64,000 nt of DNA, from assembly GCA_964016885.1 (NCBI GenBank), contig OZ024740.1:194742001-194806000 (forward strand), read 5' to 3'. Below are positions 26,521 to 40,755 of the stretch, piece after piece (position 1 is the stretch's first letter; every line of letters begins with the position of its first letter). Made by a program: the position numbers and the translations under genes. Under the pieces are notes generated by a model, which was given only the letters and a program-made list of their open reading frames with translations, was not told the origin of the DNA and searched no databases. This DNA comes from Eledone cirrhosa. Lineage: Eukaryota.

Positions 26521-28569
26521 AAAATAAATACTTATATTATAAGTTATACAGGGTGGCCACAGAAAAACTTGTTCCTTTTCAATCTTTTTTTATTTTCTTT
26601 CTTTTGCAGATTATAGAATATTCCTTGTTGTTTTTCACATATAATACTGAAAAAAATCCATTACTTATATTTCCAAATAAAATAATAAAAAATTTAAAAA
26701 ACGTGTTTGTAAAAGATATTTTTGTTTTATACCATTCAGGCTTTCAGTGGTCACCCTATATTTATCTTTTTAAGTGTACTTATAATTTATCCATTCAAGG
26801 TCGATAAAAAAAACTACAAGTCTAGTACTGGGGTAGATTCTTCTACTATATCACTTTCTCACCTCCATTCTCTTACTCTCTCAATTCTTCTCTGGAAGAA
26901 ATCTGCTCTATTCAAATCTAGAGAGGAGATGGGCTCCATCAGGTTTTAAAATGCACTAAAACTGCTGTATATTAATACGATACCCTATGACTCCATCAGG
27001 AGTTATGGGAACATGCATGCATAGTACACGTATCTCCTTTTGTTTATTTAATTTTTTCCTAACTAGGAGTATATGACATGAAAGTAACTTTTATATCATT
27101 GAATCTATGATGGAAGTTGTTTTAGTTTATTTTATTTTATTTAACGTACCATTATGAACATATCCACAATGCTACATAATTGTCCAAATATATATGTTCT
27201 CATTATCTTTCTTCTAAACTATGTGCTAATAATGAACTTTGAAAAGGTGTTTGTCTAAGCATTAAGATTCTTTTCTCCACGCAGTGCATGAACATATCAG
27301 GATTTACAAACTTCAGTATTTATTGTTAGGAAGTTTTAAATAAAAACGCATGGATTCCTTTATCAGAGACAGTGTGCACTGCCTTTTTCGTGAAGTTAGC
27401 TTTCAACTCATCAATGGTTAGTCAGTCACCTCTATAAATCTATTACTCTAGTAATATTAGGCATGGTCCATTAATAAATATTGTGTAATTTGCATTAAGA
27501 ATGATATTTTGATGTTAGAAACATGAATGGGAATTCATACAAATATTTGAATATATAAAATGCATCAAAACTTTGAGCATAATGGTAAAATAAGATAATT
27601 ACATATAAAAAAAAATTGAAAAAGCCACTCAATTTCTTTTTTTCCCAAGAAAGAACCCAATTAGTTGACTTCTACTCTTGTCTTTGTGATTCTTTCACCA
27701 TCTTTCATTTAAAAGAAAAGTTGTATTAAGTTGTAATTTTACTTCAAAAAATAAAACTTCTTGCATGAAAAATTTGTCACTCAAAGCTTAAGTCTGAATA
27801 CTTGATCAATTAATTATATCAAATAAAATGCACAAAAATTGTGATTCCCTTGTCAGACAAAAGCCATTGAGAATTTTCAAAGGTCTTTAAATCCTAACAT
27901 ATTTCTCAGTAATGTCTACTTAAGATTTATCCCCAAGTATCCAAGTTTAGGCTAAGAAGCTTGTCATTTATTCTTAGTGAGATATACACAAGTAATGTTA
28001 GGTTTCGCAGAACATAATAATATATTTGTATCAAAATAAGAAGAAAAAAAGAAAGAAAAAATTAAAGGTACGTAAATAAAAAGGAAATTTTTGGTACATT
28101 CTATCAGAAGAAAATAGATTATTTAAATGTCTCCATTGAGAATCAACCTACATATTGTCAGACAGAAACCGTTAACTTGATTTAAACAAGGGTAAAATCT
28201 ATATAAATGTCAAAATGAAAAATGGCAAAGTATCATTTTGGAAAATGCTGTTGAATTGACAATGCTGTTAAACAGACCATTGTTCTTTTCTTTCCTTCCT
28301 TCTTTTATTATATTTTATAATATTTTATCTTGCTTTTCTAAAGAGCATAGGTAAGTTTCAATCGGCTGAATTATTAAAATATTATAATGCTAACCAAAGA
28401 TTCAATAGTTATTGTCCATTCATTCGTATTGTGTTCTATATGTAAGTAAAGAAACTGAGATCTCAGTGGACCACCCATCAAGTTGCAAACAGGAAATACG
28501 TAAAGATACAGTGCTGAGTTCAAATGTGCTCATGGGCCAGAAGCAATTGCAAAACAACATAAGTTTTTA

Positions 28570-28940
28570 CATTTTTAGAGCATGGGACAAATGCTTAGCA
28601 TGATTTGTTCTGAGATCAAATCCTGCCAAGGTTGGTTTTGTCTTTCATCCTTACAGAATCGATAAACTATAGTCCCAGTAACACACTGGGGTTGATTTAA
28701 TCAACTTTCCCCCTTTTAGAAATAATGGCCTTGTGCATGGTAGAGCGTCAGACACCCTAATTCATGGCATAGAGTTACGTTCCTTTATGTTCTGAGTTCA
28801 AATCCCGCCGAGGTTAACTTTGCCTTTCATCTTTACGGAATCAATAAAATAAAGTACCAGTAACACACTGGGATCGATTTTAATCAACTTTCCCCTCCTT
28901 CAAAAATGATGGTCTTGTGCCTTAATCAGAAACTATTATT
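28570..28940 (+). mobile_element. Two tandem tRNA-SINE copies
   Basis: Same core as the 7.1-7.6 kb SINEs. Confidence 0.75.
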
Positions 28941-29009
28941 ACATAACTATGAAGCTTCAGTGATAATCAAACAACTATTCATTGGTTTGCATGTATCACT
29001 GGCAGTTTG

Positions 29010-29300
29010 CATATCATCATCAACATCATAATCATCACCATTTAACGTCCATTTTCCCATGCTAGCATGGGTTAGATGAGTTGTCCAGTTGTGAGAAATG
29101 CCAGATGAACATGTCACACTAATATAGAACTGATTTTGGCTTGGTTTCTACAAGTGGATGCCCTTCTTAACACCAACCACATTTACAGTGTGTGCTCGGT
29201 GATTTTTGTTGTGATGCCTACATGACAACTTTACAGTGTCGGCTGGGTGCTTTATGAAGTGACACCATCACAATGACTTACGGTGTGAGCTGGGGACATT
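29010..29300 (-). mobile_element. RTE-tail SINE/LINE 3' fragment
   Basis: GGATGCCCTTC.TAACACCAACCACATTTACAGTG motif shared with the RTE 3'UTR; (ATC)n tail. Confidence 0.7.
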
Positions 29301-30091
29301 GTTGGGAGAAGTGTGTGGGGGATTGAGGAGGTGGGTATTTTCACATGAGTGAAGGGCAGAATGTTAGGACATGGGAGGTAATGGAAGGGAGCATACTAGA
29401 TGTATGCTTCAGCCTGTGCTCATGGGAGGTATATGGACGAGTGGGGTAGAGGTGAAGATGATGTGTACTATATTTATGCCTATTCTCATGGGGAGGCAGG
29501 TTTTATGCATATTTATATGTATACATATTAAGGTGTTTTAGTTTGTTTGAAACATTGTGTAAAGTGTAGAAAATACTGTGTTTTATTAGAAGGGGTTACA
29601 GCAATGCAAATGGAACATTAAATATTAAAAATGATAATAACAAAGATGTTGGAATGTTACCTTGCGGTTGTTTAATAGTGCTAAATATTTGGGGATAAAT
29701 CCTTTCAGCAAAAGAAAAATTGAGGAAACAAATTCAGAGAAGGATATTTTGTGTTGTTCTTGTGCTACCAATTTTCAATTTGGAAGTAGTATATTTTCCA
29801 AAATTGGAAGTGGTGAATGGATGATATGATATGTGTTTTAATCTATGCCCTGGTCTAAGATATTGTATCTATTTTGAAGGGGAATGAAGTGTGGTAGTGA
29901 ATCTGTTTATATTAACCTCTGGGTGTTGAGATCTAGACTGTTGTTAATTTGGGGTTTGAGTTTTGCTAGTAGAATAGATAATTTAAATCAAAGAATCTAT
30001 TCTAATAGCCATTATTCTTAACATTAAATAACCTATTTGCATTACTGTAGTCTTCTAATAAAGCACATTAAGTATACATACACATACACAC

Positions 30092-30250
<159 letters not shown>

Positions 30251-33200
30251 TGTGGCCCCCTACCCTCGCTCTCTCTCACTCTCTCTCTCTCTCCCTATAA
30301 ATATATGATAGGAATTCACTTCGCCAAATTTCATTTCATTGCTTGCTGTCCCAACGAAATTCATGTAAACATAATGTACAGACTTCATCTCTCTCTCTCT
30401 CTCTCCTAGCGTATTTTCAAAACAATCCATATTTCGTATCAAGTCCAAATAGCCAATCTATCGCTAAAACAAACTACATTTTCTGTTTCTATTAAGTGCT
30501 AAATACGTAGGTTTTTGGACGTATTTAACAGAACAAATTTTGTATTTTTGTTAATCGCTTGTTAAATGCATGGACCCCACTCAATCATTACCTTCTTGCT
30601 AGCTATTTTCAAACCTTAATTCCTAACGTATTTTCAAACCCCAATCCCTAATTCTAGCGTATCTTCAAAACAAAAAAGCAAATTCCTTTCCTTCTTCCTT
30701 CTTCGAAGGCACGGGGCGGTCAAACGCCTAACACCCACAGCCATCATGTGGCCCCCTACCCTCGCTCTCTCTCACTCTCTCTCTCTCTCCCTATAAATAT
30801 ATGATAGGAATTCACTTCGCCAAATTTCATTTCATTGCTTGCTGTCCCAACGAAATTCATGTAAACGTAATGTACAGACTTCATCTCTCTCTCTCTCTCT
30901 CCTAGCGTATTTTCAAAACAATCCATATTTCGTATCAAGTCCAAATAGCCAATCTATCGCTAAAACAAACTACATTTTCTGTTTCTATTAAGTGCTAAAT
31001 ACGTAGGTTTTTGGACGTATTTAACAGAACAAATTTTGTATTTTTGTTAATCGCTTGTTAAATGCATGGACCCCACTCAATCATTACCTTCTTGCTAGCT
31101 ATTTTCAAACCTTAATTCCTAACGTATTTTCAAACCCCAATCCCTAATTCTAGCGTATCTTCAAAACAAAAAAGCAAATTCCTTTCCTTCTTCCTTCTTC
31201 GAAGGCACGGGGCGGTCAAACGCCTAACACCCACAGCCATCATGTAGCCCCCTACCCTCGCTCTCTCTCACTCTCTCTCTCTCTCCCTATAAATATATGA
31301 TAGGAATTCACTTCGCCAAATTTCATTTCATTGCTTGCTGTCCCAACGAAATTCATGTAAACGTAATGTACAGACTTCATCTCTCTCTCTCTCTCTCCTA
31401 GCGTATTTTCAAAACAATCCATATTTCGTATCAAGTCCAAATAGCCAATCTATCGCTAAAACAAACTACATTTTCTGTTTCTATTAAGTGCTAAATACGT
31501 AGGTTTTTGGACGTATTTAACAGAACAAATTTTGTATTTTTGTTAATCGCTTGTTAAATGCATGGACCCCACTCAATCATTACCTTCTTGCTAGCTATTT
31601 TCAAACCTTAATTCCTAACGTATTTTCAAACCCCAATCCCTAATTCTAGCGTATCTTCAAAACAAAAAAGCAAATTCCTTTCCTTCTTCCTTCTTCGAAG
31701 GCACGGGGCGGTCAAACGCCTAACACCCACAGCCATCATGTGGCCCCCTACCCTCGCTCTCTCTCACTCTCTCTCTCTCTCCCTATAAATATATGATAGG
31801 AATTCACTTCGCCAAATTTCATTTCATTGCTTGCTGTCCCAACGAAATTCATGTAAACGTAATGTACAGACTTCATCTCTCTCTCTCTCTCTCCTAGCGT
31901 ATTTTCAAAACAATCCATATTTCGTATCAAGTCCAAATAGCCAATCTATCGCTAAAACAAACTACATTTTCTGTTTCTATTAAGTGCTAAATACGTAGGT
32001 TTTTGGACGTATTTAACAGAACAAATTTTGTATTTTTGTTAATCGCTTGTTAAATGCATGGACCCCACTCAATCATTACCTTCTTGCTAGCTATTTTCAA
32101 ACCTTAATTCCTAACGTATTTTCAAACCCCAATCCCTAATTCTAGCGTATCTTCAAAACAAAAAAGCAAATTCCTTTCCTTCTTCCTTCTTCGAAGGCAC
32201 GGGGCGGTCAAACGCCTAACACCCACAGCCATCATGTGGCCCCCTACCCTCGCTCTCTCTCACTCTCTCTCTCTCTCCCTATAAATATATGATAGGAATT
32301 CACTTCGCCAAATTTCATTTCATTGCTTGCTGTCCCAACGAAATTCATGTAAACGTAATGTACAGACTTCATCTCTCTCTCTCTCTCTCCTAGCGTATTT
32401 TCAAAACAATCCATATTTCGTATCAAGTCCAAATAGCCAATCTATCGCTAAAACAAACTACATTTTCTGTTTCTATTAAGTGCTAAATACGTAGGTTTTT
32501 GGACGTATTTAACAGAACAAATTTTGTATTTTTGTTAATCGCTTGTTAAATGCATGGACCCCACTCAATCATTACCTTCTTGCTAGCTATTTTCAAACCT
32601 TAATTCCTAACGTATTTTCAAACCCCAATCCCTAATTCTAGCGTATCTTCAAAACAAAAAAGCAAATTCCTTTCCTTCTTCCTTCTTCGAAGGCACGGGG
32701 CGGTCAAACGCCTAACACCCACAGCCATCATGTGGCCCCCTACCCTCGCTCTCTCTCACTCTCTCTCTCTCTCCCTATAAATATATGATAGGAATTCACT
32801 TCGCCAAATTTCATTTCATTGCTTGCTGTCCCAACGAAATTCATGTAAACGTAATGTACAGACTTCATCTCTCTCTCTCTCTCTCCTAGCGTATTTTCAA
32901 AACAATCCATATTTCGTATCAAGTCCAAATAGCCAATCTATCGCTAAAACAAACTACATTTTCTGTTTCTATTAAGTGCTAAATACGTAGGTTTTGGGAC
33001 GTATTTAACAGAACAAATTTTGTATTTTTGTTAATCGCTTGTTAAATGCATGGACCCCACTCAATCATTACCTTCTTGCTAGCTATTTTCAAACCTTAAT
33101 TCCTAACGTATTTTCAAACCCCAATCCCTAATTCTAGCGTATCTTCAAAACAAAAAAGCAAATTCCTTTCCTTCTTCCTTCTTCGAAGGCACGGGGCGGT

Positions 33201-36200
33201 CAAACGCCTAACACCCACAGCCATCATGTGGCCCCCTACCCTCGCTCTCTCTCACTCTCTCTCTCTCTCCCTATAAATATATGATAGGAATTCACTTCGC
33301 CAAATTTCATTTCATTGCTTGCTGTCCCAACGAAATTCATGTAAACGTAATGTACAGACTTCATCTCTCTCTCTCTCTCTCCTAGCGTATTTTCAAAACA
33401 ATCCATATTTCGTATCAAGTCCAAATAGCCAATCTATCGCTAAAACAAACTACATTTTCTGTTTCTATTAAGTGCTAAATACGTAGGTTTTTGGACGTAT
33501 TTAACAGAACAAATTTTGTATTTTTGTTAATCGCTTGTTAAATGCATGGACCCCACTCAATCATTACCTTCTTGCTAGCTATTTTCAAACCTTAATTCCT
33601 AACGTATTTTCAAACCCCAATCCCTAATTCTAGCGTATCTTCAAAACAAAAAAGCAAATTCCTTTCCTTCTTCCTTCTTCGAAGGCACGGGGCGGTCAAA
33701 CGCCTAACACCCACAGCCATCATGTGGCCCCCTACCCTCGCTCTCTCTCACTCTCTCTCTCTCTCCCTATAAATATATGATAGGAATTCACTTCGCCAAA
33801 TTTCATTTCATTGCTTGCTGTCCCAACGAAATTCATGTAAACGTAATGTACAGACTTCATCTCTCTCTCTCTCTCTCCTAGCGTATTTTCAAAACAATCC
33901 ATATTTCGTATCAAGTCCAAATAGCCAATCTATCGCTAAAACAAACTACATTTTCTGTTTCTATTAAGTGCTAAATACGTAGGTTTTTGGACGTATTTAA
34001 CAGAACAAATTTTGTATTTTTGTTAATCGCTTGTTAAATGCATGGACCCCACTCAATCATTACCTTCTTGCTAGCTATTTTCAAACCTTAATTCCTAACG
34101 TATTTTCAAACCCCAATCCCTAATTCTAGCGTATCTTCAAAACAAAAAAGCAAATTCCTTTCCTTCTTCCTTCTTCGAAGGCACGGGGCGGTCAAACGCC
34201 TAACACCCACAGCCATCATGTGGCCCCCTACCCTCGCTCTCTCTCACTCTCTCTCTCTCTCCCTATAAATATATGATAGGAATTCACTTCGCCAAATTTC
34301 ATTTCATTGCTTGCTGTCCCAACGAAATTCATGTAAACGTAATGTACAGACTTCATCTCTCTCTCTCTCTCTCCTAGCGTATTTTCAAAACAATCCATAT
34401 TTCGTATCAAGTCCAAATAGCCAATCTATCGCTAAAACAAACTACATTTTCTGTTTCTATTAAGTGCTAAATACGTAGGTTTTTGGACGTATTTAACAGA
34501 ACAAATTTTGTATTTTTGTTAATCGCTTGTTAAATGCATGGACCCCACTCAATCATTACCTTCTTGCTAGCTATTTTCAAACCTTAATTCCTAACGTATT
34601 TTCAAACCCCAATCCCTAATTCTAGCGTATCTTCAAAACAAAAAAGCAAATTCCTTTCCTTCTTCCTTCTTCGAAGGCACGGGGCGGTCAAACGCCTAAC
34701 ACCCACAGCCATCATGTGGCCCCCTACCCTCGCTCTCTCTCACTCTCTCTCTCTCTCCCTATAAATATATGATAGGAATTCACTTCGCCAAATTTCATTT
34801 CATTGCTTGCTGTCCCAACGAAATTCATGTAAACGTAATGTACAGACTTCATCTCTCTCTCTCTCTCTCCTAGCGTATTTTCAAAACAATCCATATTTCG
34901 TATCAAGTCCAAATAGCCAATCTATCGCTAAAACAAACTACATTTTCTGTTTCTATTAAGTGCTAAATACGTAGGTTTTTGGACGTATTTAACAGAACAA
35001 ATTTTGTATTTTTGTTAATCGCTTGTTAAATGCATGGACCCCACTCAATCATTACCTTCTTGCTAGCTATTTTCAAACCTTAATTCCTAACGTATTTTCA
35101 AACCCCAATCCCTAATTCTAGCGTATCTTCAAAACAAAAAAGCAAATTCCTTTCCTTCTTCCTTCTTCGAAGGCACGGGGCGGTCAAACGCCTAACACCC
35201 ACAGCCATCATGTGGCCCCCTACCCTCGCTCTCTCTCACTCTCTCTCTCTCTCCCTATAAATATATGATAGGAATTCACTTCGCCAAATTTCATTTCATT
35301 GCTTGCTGTCCCAACGAAATTCATGTAAACGTAATGTACAGACTTCATCTCTCTCTCTCTCTCTCCTAGCGTATTTTCAAAACAATCCATATTTCGTATC
35401 AAGTCCAAATAGCCAATCTATCGCTAAAACAAACTACATTTTCTGTTTCTATTAAGTGCTAAATACGTAGGTTTTTGGACGTATTTAACAGAACAAATTT
35501 TGTATTTTTGTTAATCGCTTGTTAAATGCATGGACCCCACTCAATCATTACCTTCTTGCTAGCTATTTTCAAACCTTAATTCCTAACGTATTTTCAAACC
35601 CCAATCCCTAATTCTAGCGTATCTTCAAAACAAAAAAGCAAATTCCTTTCCTTCTTCCTTCTTCGAAGGCACGGGGCGGTCAAACGCCTAACACCCACAG
35701 CCATCATGTGGCCCCCTACCCTCGCTCTCTCTCACTCTCTCTCTCTCTCCCTATAAATATATGATAGGAATTCACTTCGCCAAATTTCATTTCATTGCTT
35801 GCTGTCCCAACGAAATTCATGTAAACGTAATGTACAGACTTCATCTCTCTCTCTCTCTCTCCTAGCGTATTTTCAAAACAATCCATATTTCGTATCAAGT
35901 CCAAATAGCCAATCTATCGCTAAAACAAACTACATTTTCTGTTTCTATTAAGTGCTAAATACGTAGGTTTTTGGACGTATTTAACAGAACAAATTTTGTA
36001 TTTTTGTTAATCGCTTGTTAAATGCATGGACCCCACTCAATCATTACCTTCTTGCTAGCTATTTTCAAACCTTAATTCCTAACGTATTTTCAAACCCCAA
36101 TCCCTAATTCTAGCGTATCTTCAAAACAAAAAAGCAAATTCCTTTCCTTCTTCCTTCTTCGAAGGCACGGGGCGGTCAAACGCCTAACACCCACAGCCAT

Positions 36201-39200
36201 CATGTGGCCCCCTACCCTCGCTCTCTCTCACTCTCTCTCTCTCTCCCTATAAATATATGATAGGAATTCACTTCGCCAAATTTCATTTCATTGCTTGCTG
36301 TCCCAACGAAATTCATGTAAACGTAATGTACAGACTTCATCTCTCTCTCTCTCTCTCCTAGCGTATTTTCAAAACAATCCATATTTCGTATCAAGTCCAA
36401 ATAGCCAATCTATCGCTAAAACAAACTACATTTTCTGTTTCTATTAAGTGCTAAATACGTAGGTTTTTGGACGTATTTAACAGAACAAATTTTGTATTTT
36501 TGTTAATCGCTTGTTAAATGCATGGACCCCACTCAATCATTACCTTCTTGCTAGCTATTTTCAAACCTTAATTCCTAACGTATTTTCAAACCCCAATCCC
36601 TAATTCTAGCGTATCTTCAAAACAAAAAAGCAAATTCCTTTCCTTCTTCCTTCTTCGAAGGCACGGGGCGGTCAAACGCCTAACACCCACAGCCATCATG
36701 TGGCCCCCTACCCTCGCTCTCTCTCACTCTCTCTCTCTCTCCCTATAAATATATGATAGGAATTCACTTCGCCAAATTTCATTTCATTGCTTGCTGTCCC
36801 AACGAAATTCATGTAAACGTAATGTACAGACTTCATCTCTCTCTCTCTCTCTCCTAGCGTATTTTCAAAACAATCCATATTTCGTATCAAGTCCAAATAG
36901 CCAATCTATCGCTAAAACAAACTACATTTTCTGTTTCTATTAAGTGCTAAATACGTAGGTTTTGGGACGTATTTAACAGAACAAATTTTGTATTTTTGTT
37001 AATCGCTTGTTAAATGCATGGACCCCACTCAATCATTACCTTCTTGCTAGCTATTTTCAAACCTTAATTCCTAACGTATTTTCAAACCCCAATCCCTAAT
37101 TCTAGCGTATCTTCAAAACAAAAAAGCAAATTCCTTTCCTTCTTCCTTCTTCGAAGGCACGGGGCGGTCAAACGCCTAACACCCACAGCCATCATGTGGC
37201 CCCCTACCCTCGCTCTCTCTCACTCTCTCTCTCTCTCCCTATAAATATATGATAGGAATTCACTTCGCCAAATTTCATTTCATTGCTTGCTGTCCCAACG
37301 AAATTCATGTAAACGTAATGTACAGACTTCATCTCTCTCTCTCTCTCTCCTAGCGTATTTTCAAAACAATCCATATTTCGTATCAAGTCCAAATAGCCAA
37401 TCTATCGCTAAAACAAACTACATTTTCTGTTTCTATTAAGTGCTAAATACGTAGGTTTTTGGACGTATTTAACAGAACAAATTTTGTATTTTTGTTAATC
37501 GCTTGTTAAATGCATGGACCCCACTCAATCATTACCTTCTTGCTAGCTATTTTCAAACCTTAATTCCTAACGTATTTTCAAACCCCAATCCCTAATTCTA
37601 GCGTATCTTCAAAACAAAAAAGCAAATTCCTTTCCTTCTTCCTTCTTCGAAGGCACGGGGCGGTCAAACGCCTAACACCCACAGCCATCATGTGGCCCCC
37701 TACCCTCGCTCTCTCTCACTCTCTCTCTCTCTCCCTATAAATATATGATAGGAATTCACTTCGCCAAATTTCATTTCATTGCTTGCTGTCCCAACGAAAT
37801 TCATGTAAACGTAATGTACAGACTTCATCTCTCTCTCTCTCTCTCCTAGCGTATTTTCAAAACAATCCATATTTCGTATCAAGTCCAAATAGCCAATCTA
37901 TCGCTAAAACAAACTACATTTTCTGTTTCTATTAAGTGCTAAATACGTAGGTTTTTGGACGTATTTAACAGAACAAATTTTGTATTTTTGTTAATCGCTT
38001 GTTAAATGCATGGACCCCACTCAATCATTACCTTCTTGCTAGCTATTTTCAAACCTTAATTCCTAACGTATTTTCAAACCCCAATCCCTAATTCTAGCGT
38101 ATCTTCAAAACAAAAAAGCAAATTCCTTTCCTTCTTCCTTCTTCGAAGGCACGGGGCGGTCAAACGCCTAACACCCACAGCCATCATGTGGCCCCCTACC
38201 CTCGCTCTCTCTCACTCTCTCTCTCTCTCCCTATAAATATATGATAGGAATTCACTTCGCCAAATTTCATTTCATTGCTTGCTGTCCCAACGAAATTCAT
38301 GTAAACGTAATGTACAGACTTCATCTCTCTCTCTCTCTCTCCTAGCGTATTTTCAAAACAATCCATATTTCGTATCAAGTCCAAATAGCCAATCTATCGC
38401 TAAAACAAACTACATTTTCTGTTTCTATTAAGTGCTAAATACGTAGGTTTTTGGACGTATTTAACAGAACAAATTTTGTATTTTTGTTAATCGCTTGTTA
38501 AATGCATGGACCCCACTCAATCATTACCTTCTTGCTAGCTATTTTCAAACCTTAATTCCTAACGTATTTTCAAACCCCAATCCCTAATTCTAGCGTATCT
38601 TCAAAACAAAAAAGCAAATTCCTTTCCTTCTTCCTTCTTCGAAGGCACGGGGCGGTCAAACGCCTAACACCCACAGCCATCATGTGGCCCCCTACCCTCG
38701 CTCTCTCTCACTCTCTCTCTCTCTCCCTATAAATATATGATAGGAATTCACTTCGCCAAATTTCATTTCATTGCTTGCTGTCCCAACGAAATTCATGTAA
38801 ACGTAATGTACAGACTTCATCTCTCTCTCTCTCTCTCCTAGCGTATTTTCAAAACAATCCATATTTCGTATCAAGTCCAAATAGCCAATCTATCGCTAAA
38901 ACAAACTACATTTTCTGTTTCTATTAAGTGCTAAATACGTAGGTTTTTGGACGTATTTAACAGAACAAATTTTGTATTTTTGTTAATCGCTTGTTAAATG
39001 CATGGACCCCACTCAATCATTACCTTCTTGCTAGCTATTTTCAAACCTTAATTCCTAACGTATTTTCAAACCCCAATCCCTAATTCTAGCGTATCTTCAA
39101 AACAAAAAAGCAAATTCCTTTCCTTCTTCCTTCTTCGAAGGCACGGGGCGGTCAAACGCCTAACACCCACAGCCATCATGTGGCCCCCTACCCTCGCTCT

Positions 39201-40525
39201 CTCTCACTCTCTCTCTCTCTCCCTATAAATATATGATAGGAATTCACTTCGCCAAATTTCATTTCATTGCTTGCTGTCCCAACGAAATTCATGTAAACGT
39301 AATGTACAGACTTCATCTCTCTCTCTCTCTCTCCTAGCGTATTTTCAAAACAATCCATATTTCGTATCAAGTCCAAATAGCCAATCTATCGCTAAAACAA
39401 ACTACATTTTCTGTTTCTATTAAGTGCTAAATACGTAGGTTTTTGGACGTATTTAACAGAACAAATTTTGTATTTTTGTTAATCGCTTGTTAAATGCATG
39501 GACCCCACTCAATCATTACCTTCTTGCTAGCTATTTTCAAACCTTAATTCCTAACGTATTTTCAAACCCCAATCCCTAATTCTAGCGTATCTTCAAAACA
39601 AAAAAGCAAATTCCTTTCCTTCTTCCTTCTTCGAAGGCACGGGGCGGTCAAACGCCTAACACCCACAGCCATCATGTGGCCCCCTACCCTCGCTCTCTCT
39701 CACTCTCTCTCTCTCTCCCTATAAATATATGATAGGAATTCACTTCGCCAAATTTCATTTCATTGCTTGCTGTCCCAACGAAATTCATGTAAACGTAATG
39801 TACAGACTTCATCTCTCTCTCTCTCTCTCCTAGCGTATTTTCAAAACAATCCATATTTCGTATCAAGTCCAAATAGCCAATCTATCGCTAAAACAAACTA
39901 CATTTTCTGTTTCTATTAAGTGCTAAATACGTAGGTTTTTGGACGTATTTAACAGAACAAATTTTGTATTTTTGTTAATCGCTTGTTAAATGCATGGACC
40001 CCACTCAATCATTACCTTCTTGCTAGCTATTTTCAAACCTTAATTCCTAACGTATTTTCAAACCCCAATCCCTAATTCTAGCGTATCTTCAAAACAAAAA
40101 AGCAAATTCCTTTCCTTCTTCCTTCTTCGAAGGCACGGGGCGGTCAAACGCCTAACACCCACAGCCATCATGTGGCCCCCTACCCTCGCTCTCTCTCACT
40201 CTCTCTCTCTCTCCCTATAAATATATGATAGGAATTCACTTCGCCAAATTTCATTTCATTGCTTGCTGTCCCAACGAAATTCATGTAAACGTAATGTACA
40301 GACTTCATCTCTCTCTCTCTCTCTCCTAGCGTATTTTCAAAACAATCCATATTTCGTATCAAGTCCAAATAGCCAATCTATCGCTAAAACAAACTACATT
40401 TTCTGTTTCTATTAAGTGCTAAATACGTAGGTTTTTGGACGTATTTAACAGAACAAATTTTGTATTTTTGTTAATCGCTTGTTAAATGCATGGACCCCAC
40501 TCAATCATTACCTTCTTGCTAGCTA
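30251..40525 (+). repeat. Tandem array of 496-bp monomers (20 complete + 355-bp partial)
   Basis: Unit starts TGTGGCCCCCTACCC recur every 496 bp from 30251 to 40171; only four substitutions noticed. Confidence 0.98.
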
Positions 40526-40566
40526 CCCAACACCCCTCCCTCCCACCCCCACACACCACCATTGCT

Positions 40567-40641
40567 ATTACGTGGACCAATCATAAAACAGAGCCCCCAC
40601 GCATCACCAGTATTATTACGCGGACCAATCAGAAACCAGAG
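40567..40641 (+). promoter_or_regulatory. Duplicated CCAAT-containing motif in the RTE leader
   Basis: TATTACGTGGACCAATCATAAAACAGAG / TATTACGCGGACCAATCAGAAACCAGAG. Confidence 0.5.
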
Positions 40642-40755
40642 GCCTATACTATCGCTTGCCTGGTTGCCTTTCGATATACGATATATGATGGATGGATGGA
40701 CTGCGGAATCCTGGAGAGTGGAGGTGAGAGAGAAAAATCTGGACGCTCAGCGACA

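Noticed and set aside
30251-40525. Array as CRISPR-like, or as a 21-copy family of 62-aa genes
   Set aside because: No variable spacers; the 62-aa ORF is the antisense reading of CT tracts with no canonical ATG start or recognisable domain.
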